Of a DNA stretch of 64,000 nt, positions 1-13,799 are shown in pieces (positions within the stretch are counted from its first letter, which is position 1; every line of letters starts with the position of its first letter). A program made the position numbers and the translations under genes. The notes below the pieces were generated by a model. That model saw only the letters and a program-made list of their open reading frames with translations. It made no database searches and was not told the origin of the DNA. The stretch is from Octopus sinensis (lineage: Eukaryota): NCBI RefSeq assembly GCF_006345805.1, contig NC_043003.1:81654001-81718000 (forward strand). The letters are read 5' to 3'.

Positions 1-5
1 CTCAC

Positions 6-31
6 CTGCCTGCTGCTGCTACGTGACCCAT
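6..31 (-). CDS. Possible first coding exon of a minus-strand gene leaving the window (MGHVAAAG-)
   Basis: Reverse complement reads ATG GGT CAC GTA GCA GCA GCA GGC AG|GTGAG, with a consensus donor at 5..1, an in-frame stop upstream and CpG-rich context at 1-340. No homology recognised. Confidence 0.25.
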
Positions 32-271
32 AGTCAAGTATTCGTCATTATCTTTTTCTCACTGGCCGCCCAGCGCTTCGATCACAAAAAATTGTCATCT
101 GTCTTGCTATTTACTGTTGTCTATAGCCTTCAGGATTTTTTCTAAGCGTTACCCACCATAGTTGTCTTTTGGCCGCAAGGTCGAATTTTTCACGATTCCT
201 CTTTGCCCATCGTTTTAAATTACATTCTTTTACTTTCGTATGTCCACTCTGCGTCGTTTTGTTTGTTTGAG

Positions 272-337
272 GCCCGATTCTCTACGTCGTTCGCTGGCAC
301 CGCCAAGATGGGAAGCCCCTAGGTCTCATCATTAAAG
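272..337 (+). CDS. Candidate 66-bp phase 1-1 exon (-PILYVVRWHRQDGKPLGLIIK-G)
   Basis: Acceptor gttttgtttgtttgag|, donor AAG|gtgcga, only one open frame. GKPLGLIIKG loosely resembles a PDZ carboxylate-binding loop. Confidence 0.3.
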
Positions 338-417
338 GTGCGAAACTGAGTGGTACTATTCTGGTTGATAACGAAAGATGAATTAAGGGAATCCTCTGTG
401 TCTTATACGTAAAAGTG

Positions 418-631
418 CATATATATATATATGAACTTTTTCATATATATATATATATGTGTACGTGTGTGCGTATGTGTGTCTGCATGCAGTATGTGTG
501 TATGTGTGCGTGTGTGTATAATATGCACACATATATGTATTATATATATTATGCATATTTAAATATATGTGCATGAATATATATATATATATAATACGTA
601 TATCATACATATAATATCATATATATTATAC

Positions 632-691
<60 letters not shown>

Positions 692-770
692 ATACGTATA
701 TCATACATACATATAAATATCATATATATTATACATATATATATATATATATGTATGTATGTATGTATAT
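418..770. repeat. Compound (TA)n/(TG)n/(TATG)n microsatellite
   Basis: Direct reading; explains the IYIY/HTHT ORFs. Confidence 0.95.
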
Positions 771-1185
771 GTGGGAATACACACGTACACACACAACACA
801 GATGTTTATATTTCACTATCCTAGAAATAATAAACTATCACAGCTTGGTTACACCTAATCGTATAGTTTTTGCTAAGTTATATATATGAATATTTGTTTC
901 TTATTGAACGCCAGGAAAAATTTTCAACCGTTACGAAATAAGAGACACTGTTTTGAGATTTAGGCGTTTATTACGAATGCAGATTATTCCATCATGTAAC
1001 GTACGGGTAGCAACATTCTCGCTTCTGAAATCCCAACCGAACTTTCCCTTATATCTCTGTGTTAAAGCTAATTAAAGAATACATTAATGACTTATACTTT
1101 CACCCACAACTATACCTATGTAAATATGTGTTCTTAAATACTTGAATCCAATGATTCATTTGTGCATATTAATTGATGTGTGAAC

Positions 1186-1225
1186 ATATATATATATATA
1201 TATAATATTATATATATAATATATA

Positions 1226-1287
<62 letters not shown>

Positions 1288-1301
1288 ATATATATATATA
1301 T

Positions 1302-1358
<57 letters not shown>
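1186..1358. repeat. (TA)n microsatellite
   Basis: Direct reading. Confidence 0.95.
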
Positions 1359-1361
<3 letters not shown>

Positions 1362-1550
1362 CGCGTGTGTACCGTTGGCTATTTTTTACCCTCTGTCTTC
1401 CCTTCTCTGGATCTTTCCTTCTCCTGTGTTTCCGACGAAGAGCTCCGCTCGAAACGTTAGACCCTCCTTCTTTCCTGAACGTCCAACAATACTATATTTG
1501 TTCCACGTCCTCGCGTTGTTGTGTTTTTTTTTTGTGCTTTCTGTTTGGAT

Positions 1551-1554
<4 letters not shown>
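1358..1554 (+). mobile_element. PLE-type terminal repeat family F1, copy 1
   Basis: About 200 bp, homologous to reverse-complement copies at 21765-21968 and 41740-41945; all sit in (TA)n; contains a minimal HHR motif. Confidence 0.75.
1428..1462 (+). ncRNA. Minimal type I hammerhead ribozyme motif (U4C core variant)
   Basis: gttt-CCGACGA-a-GAGC tcc GCTC-GAAA-cg-TT-agac; stem I gttt/agac, stem II 4 bp, palindromic AACGTT stem III. Confidence 0.6.
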
Positions 1555-1581
<27 letters not shown>

Positions 1582-1589
1582 GGATATAT

Positions 1590-1786
1590 GGGCACAGGAT
1601 GTCAGAAATCGTACACAACATGAAATACGAAAACAAATGAAAAACAGGACAAGTAACATAAAGAACGACCCTTCACCAGTTGTCGGCTGTCCATCTACTA
1701 ATTCCGAGCATTGAACGACAATATGAGTCTTCGGAGGCAGTTGCTCCCGCAAAAACCAAAATAAAATTCGGGATTTGCGGAGGGTC
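1590..1786. repeat. Non-coding repeat adjacent to F1, probably PLE-associated
   Basis: GC-richer island between TA arrays with three perfect 6-7 bp stems and a CTGGTGA motif on the minus strand. Confidence 0.4.
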
Positions 1787-1817
<31 letters not shown>

Positions 1818-2637
1818 ATACAATTGTCTCTTTCAATCAGTTTTCTACTCACCACCGATCCTTCTGCATAGTGCATGTTCTAATGCACTCTCGTAATTAG
1901 TTGTGCATTTATATTAGAGAAACGTTTCTATACCTATACAATAAACGATTTATAATTGTCAAGTTAAGTTCAATTCATCAGTATCCGATGAAGAACGGAT
2001 ACAAAAAAAAAGTAGAAAGAAAATAAAGGAAACTACATTGTTCTAATAATTACACGAATATGACTACGTGATGAAAATGGAAATCAAATTGGTTTGGTTA
2101 AATTTTGTAATAGTTTTTCTGCTTTGACGCGAGTTGAAAAAATGAAAAACAAAGCCAAAACATTTAACAATTCTGAATACAATATTGTCGCTAAAATAGT
2201 GATAGTTGCCTGAGAATTTTACATTCATGATGATTAATCATCTGCTCACCGGATTTATATCCTCGAAATGAAAGATCAGTCGCATATTTGCATATGTTAT
2301 TGTTATTATTTACTTAATGGCGATTTTTTTTCGTAAGGAGGGTGTGATATTAGATGGTGAAAAATATTTGTTATTCAAACTGCAATATTTCACAGTAAAC
2401 ATATGAGCGTATTATTATACGCAACCTTTTTTTCTCTTTACGCTTAAAAATTAAAACATTTTATTTCTTTTATGAACTTATATTTAATTCGAAGAATTTA
2501 AATATACAGTAATATTTTTATTGTAGTCAGTAACATACGGACATACAGACATAAATACACAATATACATTGTTTATATTTGAATAAAATAAAAGTTTATA
2601 TTTGAATAAAATAATTTCATATATGAATATATATATA

Positions 2638-2703
<66 letters not shown>

Positions 2704-5609
2704 GTATAAGGAGAATCTCACAAGGGTAATCGAATAACATCTAATTTCTTGAAGATGGAACATTATATTTATTGATCTGTTTTCTAATTTGTTTATTTTG
2801 GTGCTTCGTTTCAAATTGTGAGGAATTTAGAAACCATAGTGCTGCAGATCAAATGTAGAGATTTGAAGATTACTGTAATTGTGAAATCTGAGACACTTAC
2901 TTAAGTGTTTTGGCTAGCTTGTTAAGCCCTAAGTGGTAACTCACTGAGTGATGGATAGTCGGTCAAACTCTTAAGGGCAATGTTAATATGTACTGGTTTA
3001 AATGTGAACTCATTCTCCAACGCGTTTTTATATTTCATATTTTTATATAAGATTTAATTTTCTTGTACAAGCATCTCATTTTTACTTCTGTCAAGGTTGT
3101 TGTCTATGCTGATTGCTTTTTAACCCCAGGTTAATCCTGACTTGCTAGACTATGGTCAAATGTGTTCCAGTTGTGATCATCCTCTATTCTTGAGTGTCAG
3201 GGGTTATATTGTATTATGTTTTATTCACAGCAGTAAAGTGTGTTTCAGAAGGGATTTATTTGTTATTGCTACAATTGTGCACATTCAGAGACTAATTATA
3301 ATTTTCTAGACACTCCATTTCAAGCTAAGATTTGCTAGTCACCTTATTCTTGCAGGTTAACCAAAAGAAAAAAAACTGTGTAACATAGATTTATATTAAA
3401 AAAATCGGTGATGTTTTACTAATGTGGTGCACATATACGTACCACATTGAAATCTACATGACTTGGTTGCAGAAGTTAGCTTCCTCTGATTATAATCAAG
3501 ACCACATTTAATTATTAAATCAAGAAGCTAATATTCTTCAGTGTTAGAAGGCCTTAGCTGAAGTGAGCCACATGATTTCACTTGGCTTGTCTCTAGTAGT
3601 GTTTTGGTATGGTAATCTATCTTTCTGTTTAATAAATCTAACATAGCGAAATATCACGACAACTGCGCTGAATATTCTCAGATATGTTAGTAAATTGTTA
3701 ACACACAAAATATATACCTTGATGCACAGCGAGATCCAATGCAGATTTCCCAAGCATTAACGAGGAGGTGTCTTCGTTTTCGCTTCCTCTGCTAGAAATA
3801 GCAGCTAAATTTGTCTCGAATGTAAGCTGGACATCTATAAAAAGAAATGAAACATTAGACATTAGTATCGTACAAAGAAAACACAGGATGGCTATAGTTG
3901 GAATGACAATTAGTGCTTAGTATACTTCATCAGAGTTCTACTGGAGCAAAACTACGGCATGGGTGTCACTGTATCTTATTTCCAGTTTCATACAAATATG
4001 ATAGTCTATGGGTATATTCGAAAGGATTATTTCAATTATATTAGAATATTTACACTATAATTCGATCGCACCTCTATTAACCACTGGTCTCTTGATACTT
4101 CTTCAGTCTCTTGATACTTCTGTAGTGCTCAGTTTTGTTTCCTCTAGGGAAAAGAGCTTGTAAATTCGTCTAAAATCCAGTATGCACTTATCATGCATTT
4201 TAAATAATCATAATTAATTTTCACTCTTTGAGAAAATTCTTACACATATGAATAACTATTGGACAAAATAAATAGCTAACACATGCACAAATTCTAAGTA
4301 CATGAATAAGTTCGTGCATTGGGTGCGCTGCAAGCAACAGTAAGATCTGAAACTTTCAAAGATATATTCCCTACAATGTAACATTAACAGTTTAAAAAAA
4401 CGTCACAATGATGCTTCTTTCTAGACAGAATTTCCTCATCATCACTATATGTTCTGAATTATATGCATGGGAATCTTTGATTAGTTTTTAAGAACACATT
4501 TTATGCCTGGATTTACAAGAATGAATATAATGAGATGTTTTCACGCTAAAATAATAATGAAATACCTATACCAGATTGTATATTAATGCTTAGAGTCAAA
4601 ATAACTCTAGAATATCAATATGTTTATGTGTTTCATAGTTTAGGCAGAAGAGGGAGATGAGCATCCTTTAAAGGCTTCTGAGACTAATGACAGGAAGTGA
4701 GGATGTTTTCCTAAGATCAAATCTCTCTCACGACTCCGCTAAAACAAACCATGAATCAAGTGGTTTTGTTAAACTGTGCAATAATTTAAATGTGTTATAG
4801 GAAAACGAGAACAGGTCTCTTCTATATATTTTAAACTGTTTCCTTTTTACGAAAATTCATTCACATGTTTTTGGTTGCCATAGCTGAGGCAGAATTGAAC
4901 AACCATAAATTAGGATCAACCGGAAATAATTTCTGCATCTACTTCCCTTTTAAGTAATCTCTATAATAATCGTTATTAGTTCAGATAACAGAATGGGAAG
5001 TCACATTATGAGAATTGGATGGCCAAGTGGATATAATAGCTATAGATAGGTCAGAGGTTTGTAATTTTTTCACAGAATTTGTTTGTACACCAGTAGTAAC
5101 ACGGAAAATTCTACGAGTGATGGTGAACCTATGTTGAAATCACTTCTTTCTCTCATAATATATCCTGGATAGGTGTGGCCTTGATAGGCGCCTCATGAAA
5201 CCAATAGGTTATGAATCTAATCAAACGTTAAATTGTGCTAACTTGATTATTATACAGTATATTGTGTTTTATTTAACTACAAGTTAAATAATACCATTGA
5301 ATCCTGTATTATTTGCTTGTGAAATGAAATACCTTTGTTTGCACAGGATATAAAACATTTTGTTGATTGAACGAAATTATTTTCTATAAAAATCATCGCA
5401 ACATTCATTCTCAATATTGTAATATTAGTTGGATTTTTACTTGAACAAGTTAATCACAGTGCTTACAAGATGGAATAAATATTTCAGTCGTATATATAGA
5501 ATTGAGATATTGTCATTGATATAAGCGTTTGCTACTATTATGTTCACCCTGTCATTAGTACCCCTTATCACCTTATCACTTTTTAAATTATTGCTTCGTA
5601 TGTAGGCAA

Positions 5610-5790
5610 AAGGGAAGGCAATTAGTCACTATCATCGACCTCGTTACTCGACTTCTACTTAATTTTATCGTCTTCGAATAAATTAAAGACAAAGCGGATT
5701 CCGGTGGTATTTGAACTCAGAACATACTAAGTCGGAAGAAATACACGAGCATTCTTTCCAACGCTCAGCAGTTCTACCATCTCGTCACTC
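5610..5790 (-). mobile_element. Decayed tRNA-derived SINE family A
   Basis: Matches the gtcgacctcggcggaatttgaactcagaac ... ctgccagctcgcc pattern of younger copies at 45.5 and 46.2 kb. Confidence 0.65.
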
Positions 5791-6299
5791 TTATAAGTTT
5801 TACAATAGACCTTTCTCCTATAGGCACAAAGTCAACACTTTTAAGGGAAGCGGTTAGTCCATTACAACTAATATTTATTTTATCAACGCCACGTGTAAGA
5901 AAATGCAAATTCAACCTCAGCGAAATTTGCACGCAGAACGAGCGCAAAGACGGATAAAATGCTGTTAAGCGTTTTTCCAGGCGCGCAAAACAATTCTGCG
6001 CACTTACACCCTTTATTATCTTCATAATAAAAAAAATATCGAGCTTGAATTCTAGAAGATGAAACTAAATGTCAAATTTATAAAAATTAACGATGTAAAC
6101 GTTTTCAAACACTTTAGTGCATGTAACTGATATCATCATCTGTTATAATAAAACATGGTAATTTATGATATACTGATGATGAACTACATGAGGATAAACC
6201 GAAAACTTTTCGACCTTGCATTAACGTTACTGTTAAGTATCAAATTTTGATTAAGATAATGATCTTGCACACAACGATTTTAACGAAGATATTGGTTTC

Positions 6300-6478
6300 A
6301 AATTTTGGCACAAGGTCGGCAATATTTATGGAGTGGGTGAGTCGTTTACATCGACCCAGTGCTTACCTGATACTTAATTTGTCGACCTCGGTGGAATTTG
6401 AACTCAGAATGTATGAATGGGCAAAATACCGCTATGTACTTTGTCCGGCATGCTAACCAGTCTGCTAGCTCGCCACTT
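6300..6478 (-). mobile_element. Decayed SINE family A
   Basis: catcgacccagtgc...gtcgacctcggtggaatttgaactcag...ctgctagctcgcc. Confidence 0.75.
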
Positions 6479-7329
6479 TATTTTAACGAAAATATTGACC
6501 CGAAGTTTAATAAATAATAGTTTTAAGTAAATATTGAACCTAAGTTTCATAAATTATAGTTTTCTAAAAGAAAAACTACGTTAACCAGATCGAGATTTGT
6601 TGAAGCTATTTTACAACGTAAAGTAGAAATATATTACTGTATGAATTGATATTCTCCACATAATAAATGGTATAAATTTACATTTTATATTAGTATTATT
6701 GTGTTTTGAATGTCGTTCCTAAAATTTTCTGACTGGTCAAATTGCCAGCTTTCTATTGAAGGTTGTTAGGCAGCTGTATTGATGCCGTAATATTATGGCT
6801 ACGATCTTGGTATTCTTAGAACGGAGGACAAGATGAAATTCTAACACGCATGCGATCTAGAGCAACATTGATAATTGGTAACTGGTTTTCTTTAAAATAA
6901 TGTGAAATATGGAATGTATGAAGATGGTATATTAATTAATAAAATCCTCAAGAATGTGAGGAAATATAAGAAATATACAAATAATATTTTCAAATATATG
7001 AAGAATAATAATTTCATTGATATAAATTGTATATTTAACTTTTATTAATTCTAAATCTGTTCTTATGCACTTCCTATAATAATATTCAGACATTTTGATT
7101 ATGCTAGAAAATGATAATAATAATGCAAATATATGTTATATTTCCTTTGTGGATTTTGCGAAAGTTGAATGATTTTCATTCAGATTTTGAAGGTCATTCA
7201 AACATTCAAAATGGTTCTTTCATCGAAATAACCTACTGGGATAAATTTATAGTTGATATTTCTCAGTTGCAAATAATCTAAGTCTCCCGTTGTTTTGAAA
7301 CTTTATACTTCTTCTTTGAGCATGACCAG

Positions 7330-7416
<87 letters not shown>

Positions 7417-9227
7417 AAACATTATTTTCCAAAGTTTGCTTATTCTATCAAACACTAATCATAACTTCACTCGATGCAGTCGAATGCAGACTCATACGCA
7501 TACGTACAGACACAAAAGAAATAATATTGGTAGAAATTTAAAATAAGCCAGAGTAAATATAATTTATCTTTCTAGAATATGTTACATTGTGATATTATGC
7601 TCTAAAGAATACTTTTTGATATATGCAATTGAAAACTATAAGGATCATGACAAACATATAGAATGAAGATCAATAATGGTAACAAGCTGTGTATTCATTT
7701 GCTTATTCTTTTCCTTTATATTTTGAAATAATTTGTTCTAAAGTATATGACGCGAAAGACATGTTCAGTATACTTTCAACCCAGTCTGTTATTTCTTCAG
7801 CATTACTTCTTGAGCTATGAGATAACGTTTCTCTTTCTTCAGGCTCTAGAAGTAAATTTATCAAAGTATATGTTTTTGAAAATCCTGTTTTTTTTTGTTT
7901 TTGCATTACCTTCAAATTTCAACTTAATCGCACTTCAAATATTTAAAGACATGATTACGTCATAAGTTTGTTTATGTAATCAACGTTAAATGACATTGTA
8001 GCATTTTCGACACTTATGTAATATGTGGCAGAATTTTCTAACTAAATATTTATGAAATTTTTATTGCCTGTGATGGTTTGACAGAATATTTGTATCAGAT
8101 GGATGGCCATATATCAGTTTTCCTACCCTTTATGTTCCTCTTTCTGTTCCGAGTTTATATCTATGGTCAGTAAATTGACCTTTGGTATTTTAGGGGTCAA
8201 TAAGATGAAGTTTCATTAAGGAACTAGGAGATATACACTAAATTATCACCTGTGTCAGCATGCGATGGATAACCGTTGTTCAAAATCCTCACTAAACTTG
8301 GTACCCCGACAACAGAAGTAATACAGCTGCTCATTCGCGTCACATTAAATTTATCTGTGACGTCCTAAGCCCCTGCAATCACAACATGCAGTCATTATTT
8401 AATCCATACAAACACTCCTTTCAAACACCGGCTCCACTAAAAAAGAATAACGCAAAGGAAAAAAAAAGAGAAAAATATTGTTTGTTTAGATTGATATCGA
8501 TGACAGGTTATAAGAATTGTAGTTGTTTTATCAAAGGGACTACTCGTTCATTTCATTGGTGTGTAATCGACGAAGTAGCCTTCAGTTAATTGTGCTCTTT
8601 AAGTGATCCTTAGGCTTTCTGTGACTGAGTTGAATCGCCGTAGAGTTCATCTGACTTATACCAAAAAAAAAAAAAAAAATTTTTATGGACATTTTCCTAA
8701 TATGTGGCGTAGTGGCATCGAACCAGCTATTGTATTATTCTGAATTATGTTTCTTAACTATTGGATCATATCGAGATCTGGGCATATATTGTTATATCCA
8801 TTTATTGAAACGCACCCTTCGATACGCAGAAATGTTCTAAATAGATGTTCGTCCGTTTTCATTATACAAAATTTAAATGTGAGGAATGTTTCTCCCCTTT
8901 ATAAAAATATAATCAGAAAAGTATTAAATTTCTTCTCACAAAGTGTTTTTAATGTCAAATTAGAAATTTTAAAAAATGCAAATTTTTCCGAAAGGTAAAT
9001 CGTTAATGGCCTATTAGTAAGCAGAGCGTAATGTCTTCAGGCTACATTTTCCTTCGTATCATTTCTCTAGCTATGTACTTAAAGTGTCAATGTCAGCTAT
9101 TATGTCTGTAAATGTGAATAGTTTCGGAACCAAATTGTTTACAAGGAAATTTCTTTTCTTTCCTCTTTTCTTCCTATACTTTTTCTTTTTGTTTCTTATT
9201 CTATTACTTTTTCTGTCCATACGTACT

Positions 9228-9285
<58 letters not shown>

Positions 9286-9449
9286 GTATGTGTGCAAACG
9301 GTTGCTTGCTAAATACAGTGTTCACTCATCCAATATTCTCTCTTCGCGAGCAGTCATTTTCCTCCTTTTGCCTCGTGTTCCTCCGTTGAATGCCTCATAT
9401 CCGTACCACCACCCTGGCTCTATATGTATATTTCCGTTGTCTGCTTCAG

Positions 9450-9500
9450 GTGTGCCAGGGAAACGACATCAAAGGAATGTTCCAGGCCAGTCTTATTTAT
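9450..9500 (+). CDS. Candidate 51-bp symmetric exon (VCQGNDIKGMFQASLIY in frame 0; all three frames open)
   Basis: Strong acceptor tttccgttgtctgcttcag|, donor AT|GTGAGT, length divisible by 3. Confidence 0.4.
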
Positions 9501-9615
9501 GTGAGTTACTTTGCTGGATTTTTCTTCATGAAGGCATCATTGAATGACGTTGCCCAATAATTTCTGACTCTGCATTTTCTTTCCTTTTTGAATCCAAATC
9601 TCTCGATTCTACGAA

Positions 9616-9679
<64 letters not shown>

Positions 9680-9711
9680 ATCTCTCTCTTTATCTCGCCT
9701 GCCTCTCCAGA

Positions 9712-9789
<78 letters not shown>

Positions 9790-11154
9790 CTGGTTAAGTA
9801 AATGACCCAGAGCGTCTTTTCTGCCATTTCTGCCATTGCTTCAATATTAAATTTGCTGAGTGGTGACGATCGGATTTAATATAAATAGGTAACCTTAATG
9901 AGTAGGGTAACATTGCATACTCTATGCTTGCCTAAACCTGATTCAAATGAGCAATTTTTACTATCTTTTCTATGTTTTTGAGGATTGCTTCTAATACTGT
10001 TTCATTGATGTTGATATACTTGATTTTCTTAAAAAGGTCTTTTACGATAACTCTTTACATTTATATTTCCTTTTCGTTTATTACCTAAGGCTAAGATTCA
10101 TTTTTGTATTTTGCATTTGTGTTTGTATCATGTTCGCATTAAGAACATGATTGAAAATAAATGGTACCTGCTTTTAAATATTGATTAATCAGTTGTTTCG
10201 CTGTAAATAAATTATTTGTTTATTTGTGCATACATTTTCCAAAATATTTCTTTCTTTTAAGATTTCAAATTCAGTTGCCAATCTATTTAATCTTTTTGTT
10301 TCTCTGCAATAAAATGTTATTTATTCTCACTTTGCTGTCGATAGTTTCGTTTGCTTGCATATTAATTTTGCTAATGTATAATGATTACTTGAAGAGTCAC
10401 AAGACATCAAATTGATAAAAAGGAAGTGTGATTGTTTTGTTACTCAAGTTTTTCACATATGCATTAGCGGCATAATTCAAAGGAGATTCGAAGCCAGCTC
10501 ACAACAACCTTATCCGTACACTATAAGACAATTATCACACGAACACACGTACGCAAGCGTAAACTTATAAATACCAATACACACACACACACACGCACGC
10601 ACACGCATACGCACACACACATACGCCAGCATTCATGCATACATACATATATACCATCTCATCCACATTTGGTGTGTGTATGTGTGTATGTTTGTGTATT
10701 ATATAGTTTGAATCTATCAAAATAATGCTCCAGATATGAAAGTAGTTAATATGTGAACAGTACAACAGACAATAAATTGTAATAAAATTTGAAATTTCAT
10801 CTGTATTATTTCTCCATTAAAACATCCAGTGAGGCACATACACAAAGAATGCGTCGATTTTTAACATAGAAATATTTATCATATATATACACACGCGCGC
10901 ACACATATCATTGTGACCTGTAGAGGAAGAGGTTGTGCTCATGAGATTTGAACTACACTGAAATTAATGACAATTTCTTTACATTTAAACGTTTTGATAA
11001 ATCATGAAAACCATTTAGAAGGAGGCGGTTCCAGAAAGATGTTGTACTGTAAATGGACTAATAACGGATTTTGTGGGTTTTGTGGGTGAGCTGGACAAAA
11101 AAATGGCAGATAAGAAGAGACGAGGACGTTGTGTTGGGAGTTCGTGTATAGGTA

Positions 11155-11419
11155 CTTACTTGTACTTGTGACGGCGTTCACCAGGGTGGGTCGAGCCGGC
11201 TGCTTCTCTGGTCCTAACGGCATCATGAACCATGGCGGCCCACGCTCGACTGTCCTGTGCGAGGTCACTGGAGATAGCGAAGCATTCGCAGTTCCATCTG
11301 TGAACCTGAGATTTCGGAGAGGTCCTCCTTTATCGTCGTTGCCCAGGTCTTCAGTTACCTGCCCGTGTGCTTGCGCCAGTTGGAAGTGGAGTGCGCTTGC
11401 GCTAGTTGGGAACTGCGTT
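11155..11419 (-). mobile_element. 5'-truncated RTE-clade LINE, 3' end
   Basis: Minus strand encodes LKTWATTIKEDLSEIS and SDLAQDSRAWAAMVHDAV, typical of the RTE C-terminus; caagtacaagtaagta tail; perfect 11-bp TSD gtgtataggta at 11144-11154 and 11420-11430. Confidence 0.85.
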
Positions 11420-12609
11420 GTGTATAGGTAGTACGAAATTAGTTAACTCTGTGTTGTAAATGGCTCTGTAATAAAGGTGAAAAGTTTCAGAGAGGAAATA
11501 ACACGCGTGCCAGTGGCTGAGGTGTGCTGATGAGTGACATCTTGCGAATCAGTTCTCTATTTAACAAAATGTAGTTTTGAAGTTTTCAAAATGATGCAAG
11601 AAAACAGTATTTTACAGACTTAAAGATATTGTTCCTCATAGGTTATGTCGTAGTTCGTTTTCAGATATTGGGGTATAGCTCTGAAAATTTAGAGAAAAGA
11701 ACGACAGAAAAAGAAAGAGGCAATGTTGGTAAGGTGGATGATAACTCTTTGTCGTATCTGTTGAATTTAATAGAAAAGACATATTCAGGAGTATAGCCAT
11801 ATTAGTTTCTTTCCTGAGATACTTTTGAACAGGATAGGTATGTATGGTGGAATTCAGTTGGAAGAGATTTTCCTTGTGAGAGCATTGCAGAACTTGGATG
11901 CAAAATGGGCAACAAATATAGGATGTTGAGAAATGGATGAAAGGAATATTTTGCAAAGTTAGCAGATGCTTATCAATTATTTATTGAGCACCCTGTCGCT
12001 GAAAGAACCAGAGGGGCACATGTCATAATTGGGATTGGTCTTGCAGAAAAGCTACTGGAATTTTACATGCTGATGATGTTTGTCTTAGCATTGTAGGTAT
12101 AAGAATTTTCAGTAGTGGTAAGGAAAAGTACGTGGAGTTAGCTATTATAAGTAAAACGTGATCTATGTGATTATTTATGTATCGGTTTCATGGTCGTTTG
12201 AGAAAAGGCGGATGAATTGTACAGTGGGATTAATTTTGATATTTGGAATGCAGGAAAATGTTGGAATTTGTCAGTGTACCGTGTAGCTACAATATTTGTC
12301 TAAGGAGAAACAGAGCAAAAATCTGCTGATGATACACATTGTCTAGTTGACAGCGTTCAAATGAGCAACGCAATGTGCGTAACACCACTTTAAAGATGAA
12401 AGAAAACTTTCTTCGCCATTTATAACGTGACTGAATCAAACAAATGCTCAGTAATATATCACATATCTATATCCATACACATTGACATGCACATAGAATG
12501 CCTTCAGCGATTGAATAATAATCCTCCTCGGTATGTTACAATATTCGTTCTGAAATGTCTAATCAAAAGAATTTTATTGCACGCGAGTCACCGAGTTTGA
12601 TGAGTCGCA

Positions 12610-12745
12610 ATAATAATAATAATAATAATAATGATGATGATGATGATGATGATGACTACGACGACGACGACGACGACGATGATGATGATGGTGATGACGA
12701 TGACGATGACGATGACGACGACGACGATGATAATGATGGTGATGC
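12610..12745. repeat. (AAT)n-(GAT)n-(GAC)n trinucleotide array
   Basis: Direct reading; source of the poly-N/poly-D ORF. Confidence 0.95.
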
Positions 12746-13740
12746 CGATGTTGACAAAGTCCTTACCCATCGATGGTTTGTGTCTTCTGGTTAAAAATCA
12801 GAGACAGAATGGTTTATCATAGCCCAAGATTAATGCCTACCTACAAGAAGCTACCAGGCCAACATCTTAAAGAACGGCAGTAGCACAAGTCGTGTATGTA
12901 AACAAAAAAATGAAACCATCGATCATGTTGTCTCCATATGCAGCCTTCTTGCGCCTACAGAGTATTTCAACAGGCATGATAGTGCAACACAGCGTATTCA
13001 CTGGGTAATTTGCAAAACTTGAACCTACCCCATGATAAAAACTGGTGGGAACACAACACGCCGCCAGTGCTTGAAAATGACCGCATTTCACTTCATTGGA
13101 ACTTCACCATATAAACTGACGGAAAAAGAGATGCAAATAGGCCAGACATTATATTGAAAGACTTCACACAAAAATCGTGCTTCCTCATTGATATGACTGT
13201 ACCAATCGACATAAAGGTATCTGTCAAGTCCTACCAAAAACTGAGCAAATATAAAGATCTTGAAATAAAAATGTGGAACCTCAAGACTAAAACTATACCT
13301 GTTGTCACAGGTGCCCTAGGAATGATAACAAAAGAGACTGATTGCTACCTACCTCAGATACCAGGAAATCTAAAAATGGAAGAAATTTAAAAAATAGTGC
13401 TCGTGGGAAGTGCCATTATCCTACGTAAACTATTGTCTGTGTAATCCCCCAAACATTTCAATCCGTAAACACTGTCAAAATACTTTTAAATGTACATAAC
13501 AGAAAATAGCTTTTACTGTCATCTTAACACCAGACTATCATCTGATAATCAAATTACTTTTACAACAAACTTCTAATTTATGATATGACAGACATTCTCG
13601 TGTACAATACACTGGGCAAAAACTAATGTATAACACCCTAGTCATAATACCATCTTGAACTTCTAACTTGTTGTCTCTTCATGTCTCTGGGTGAGATTTA
13701 GAATCACCTTGTACAAATACGAAGCAAAAGCCAAACATAT
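12745..13740 (+). pseudogene. R4/Dong-clade LINE, 3' fragment (CCHC finger + restriction-like endonuclease), decayed
   Basis: Fragments read FIIA-QD-CLPTRSYQANILKNG, ETIDHVVSICSLLAPTEY-NRHD, RPDIILKDFTQKSCFLIDMTVP, KLSKYKDLEI, IPVVTGALG; ends in (AAT)n. Confidence 0.9.
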
Positions 13741-13799
13741 AATAATAATGATAATAATAATAACAATAATAATATTAATAACAACAACAATACAGTATT

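Noticed and set aside
12555-12822. Poly-N/poly-D and poly-M/T ORFs
   Set aside because: Trinucleotide array fused to a Dong fragment; no evidence of a gene
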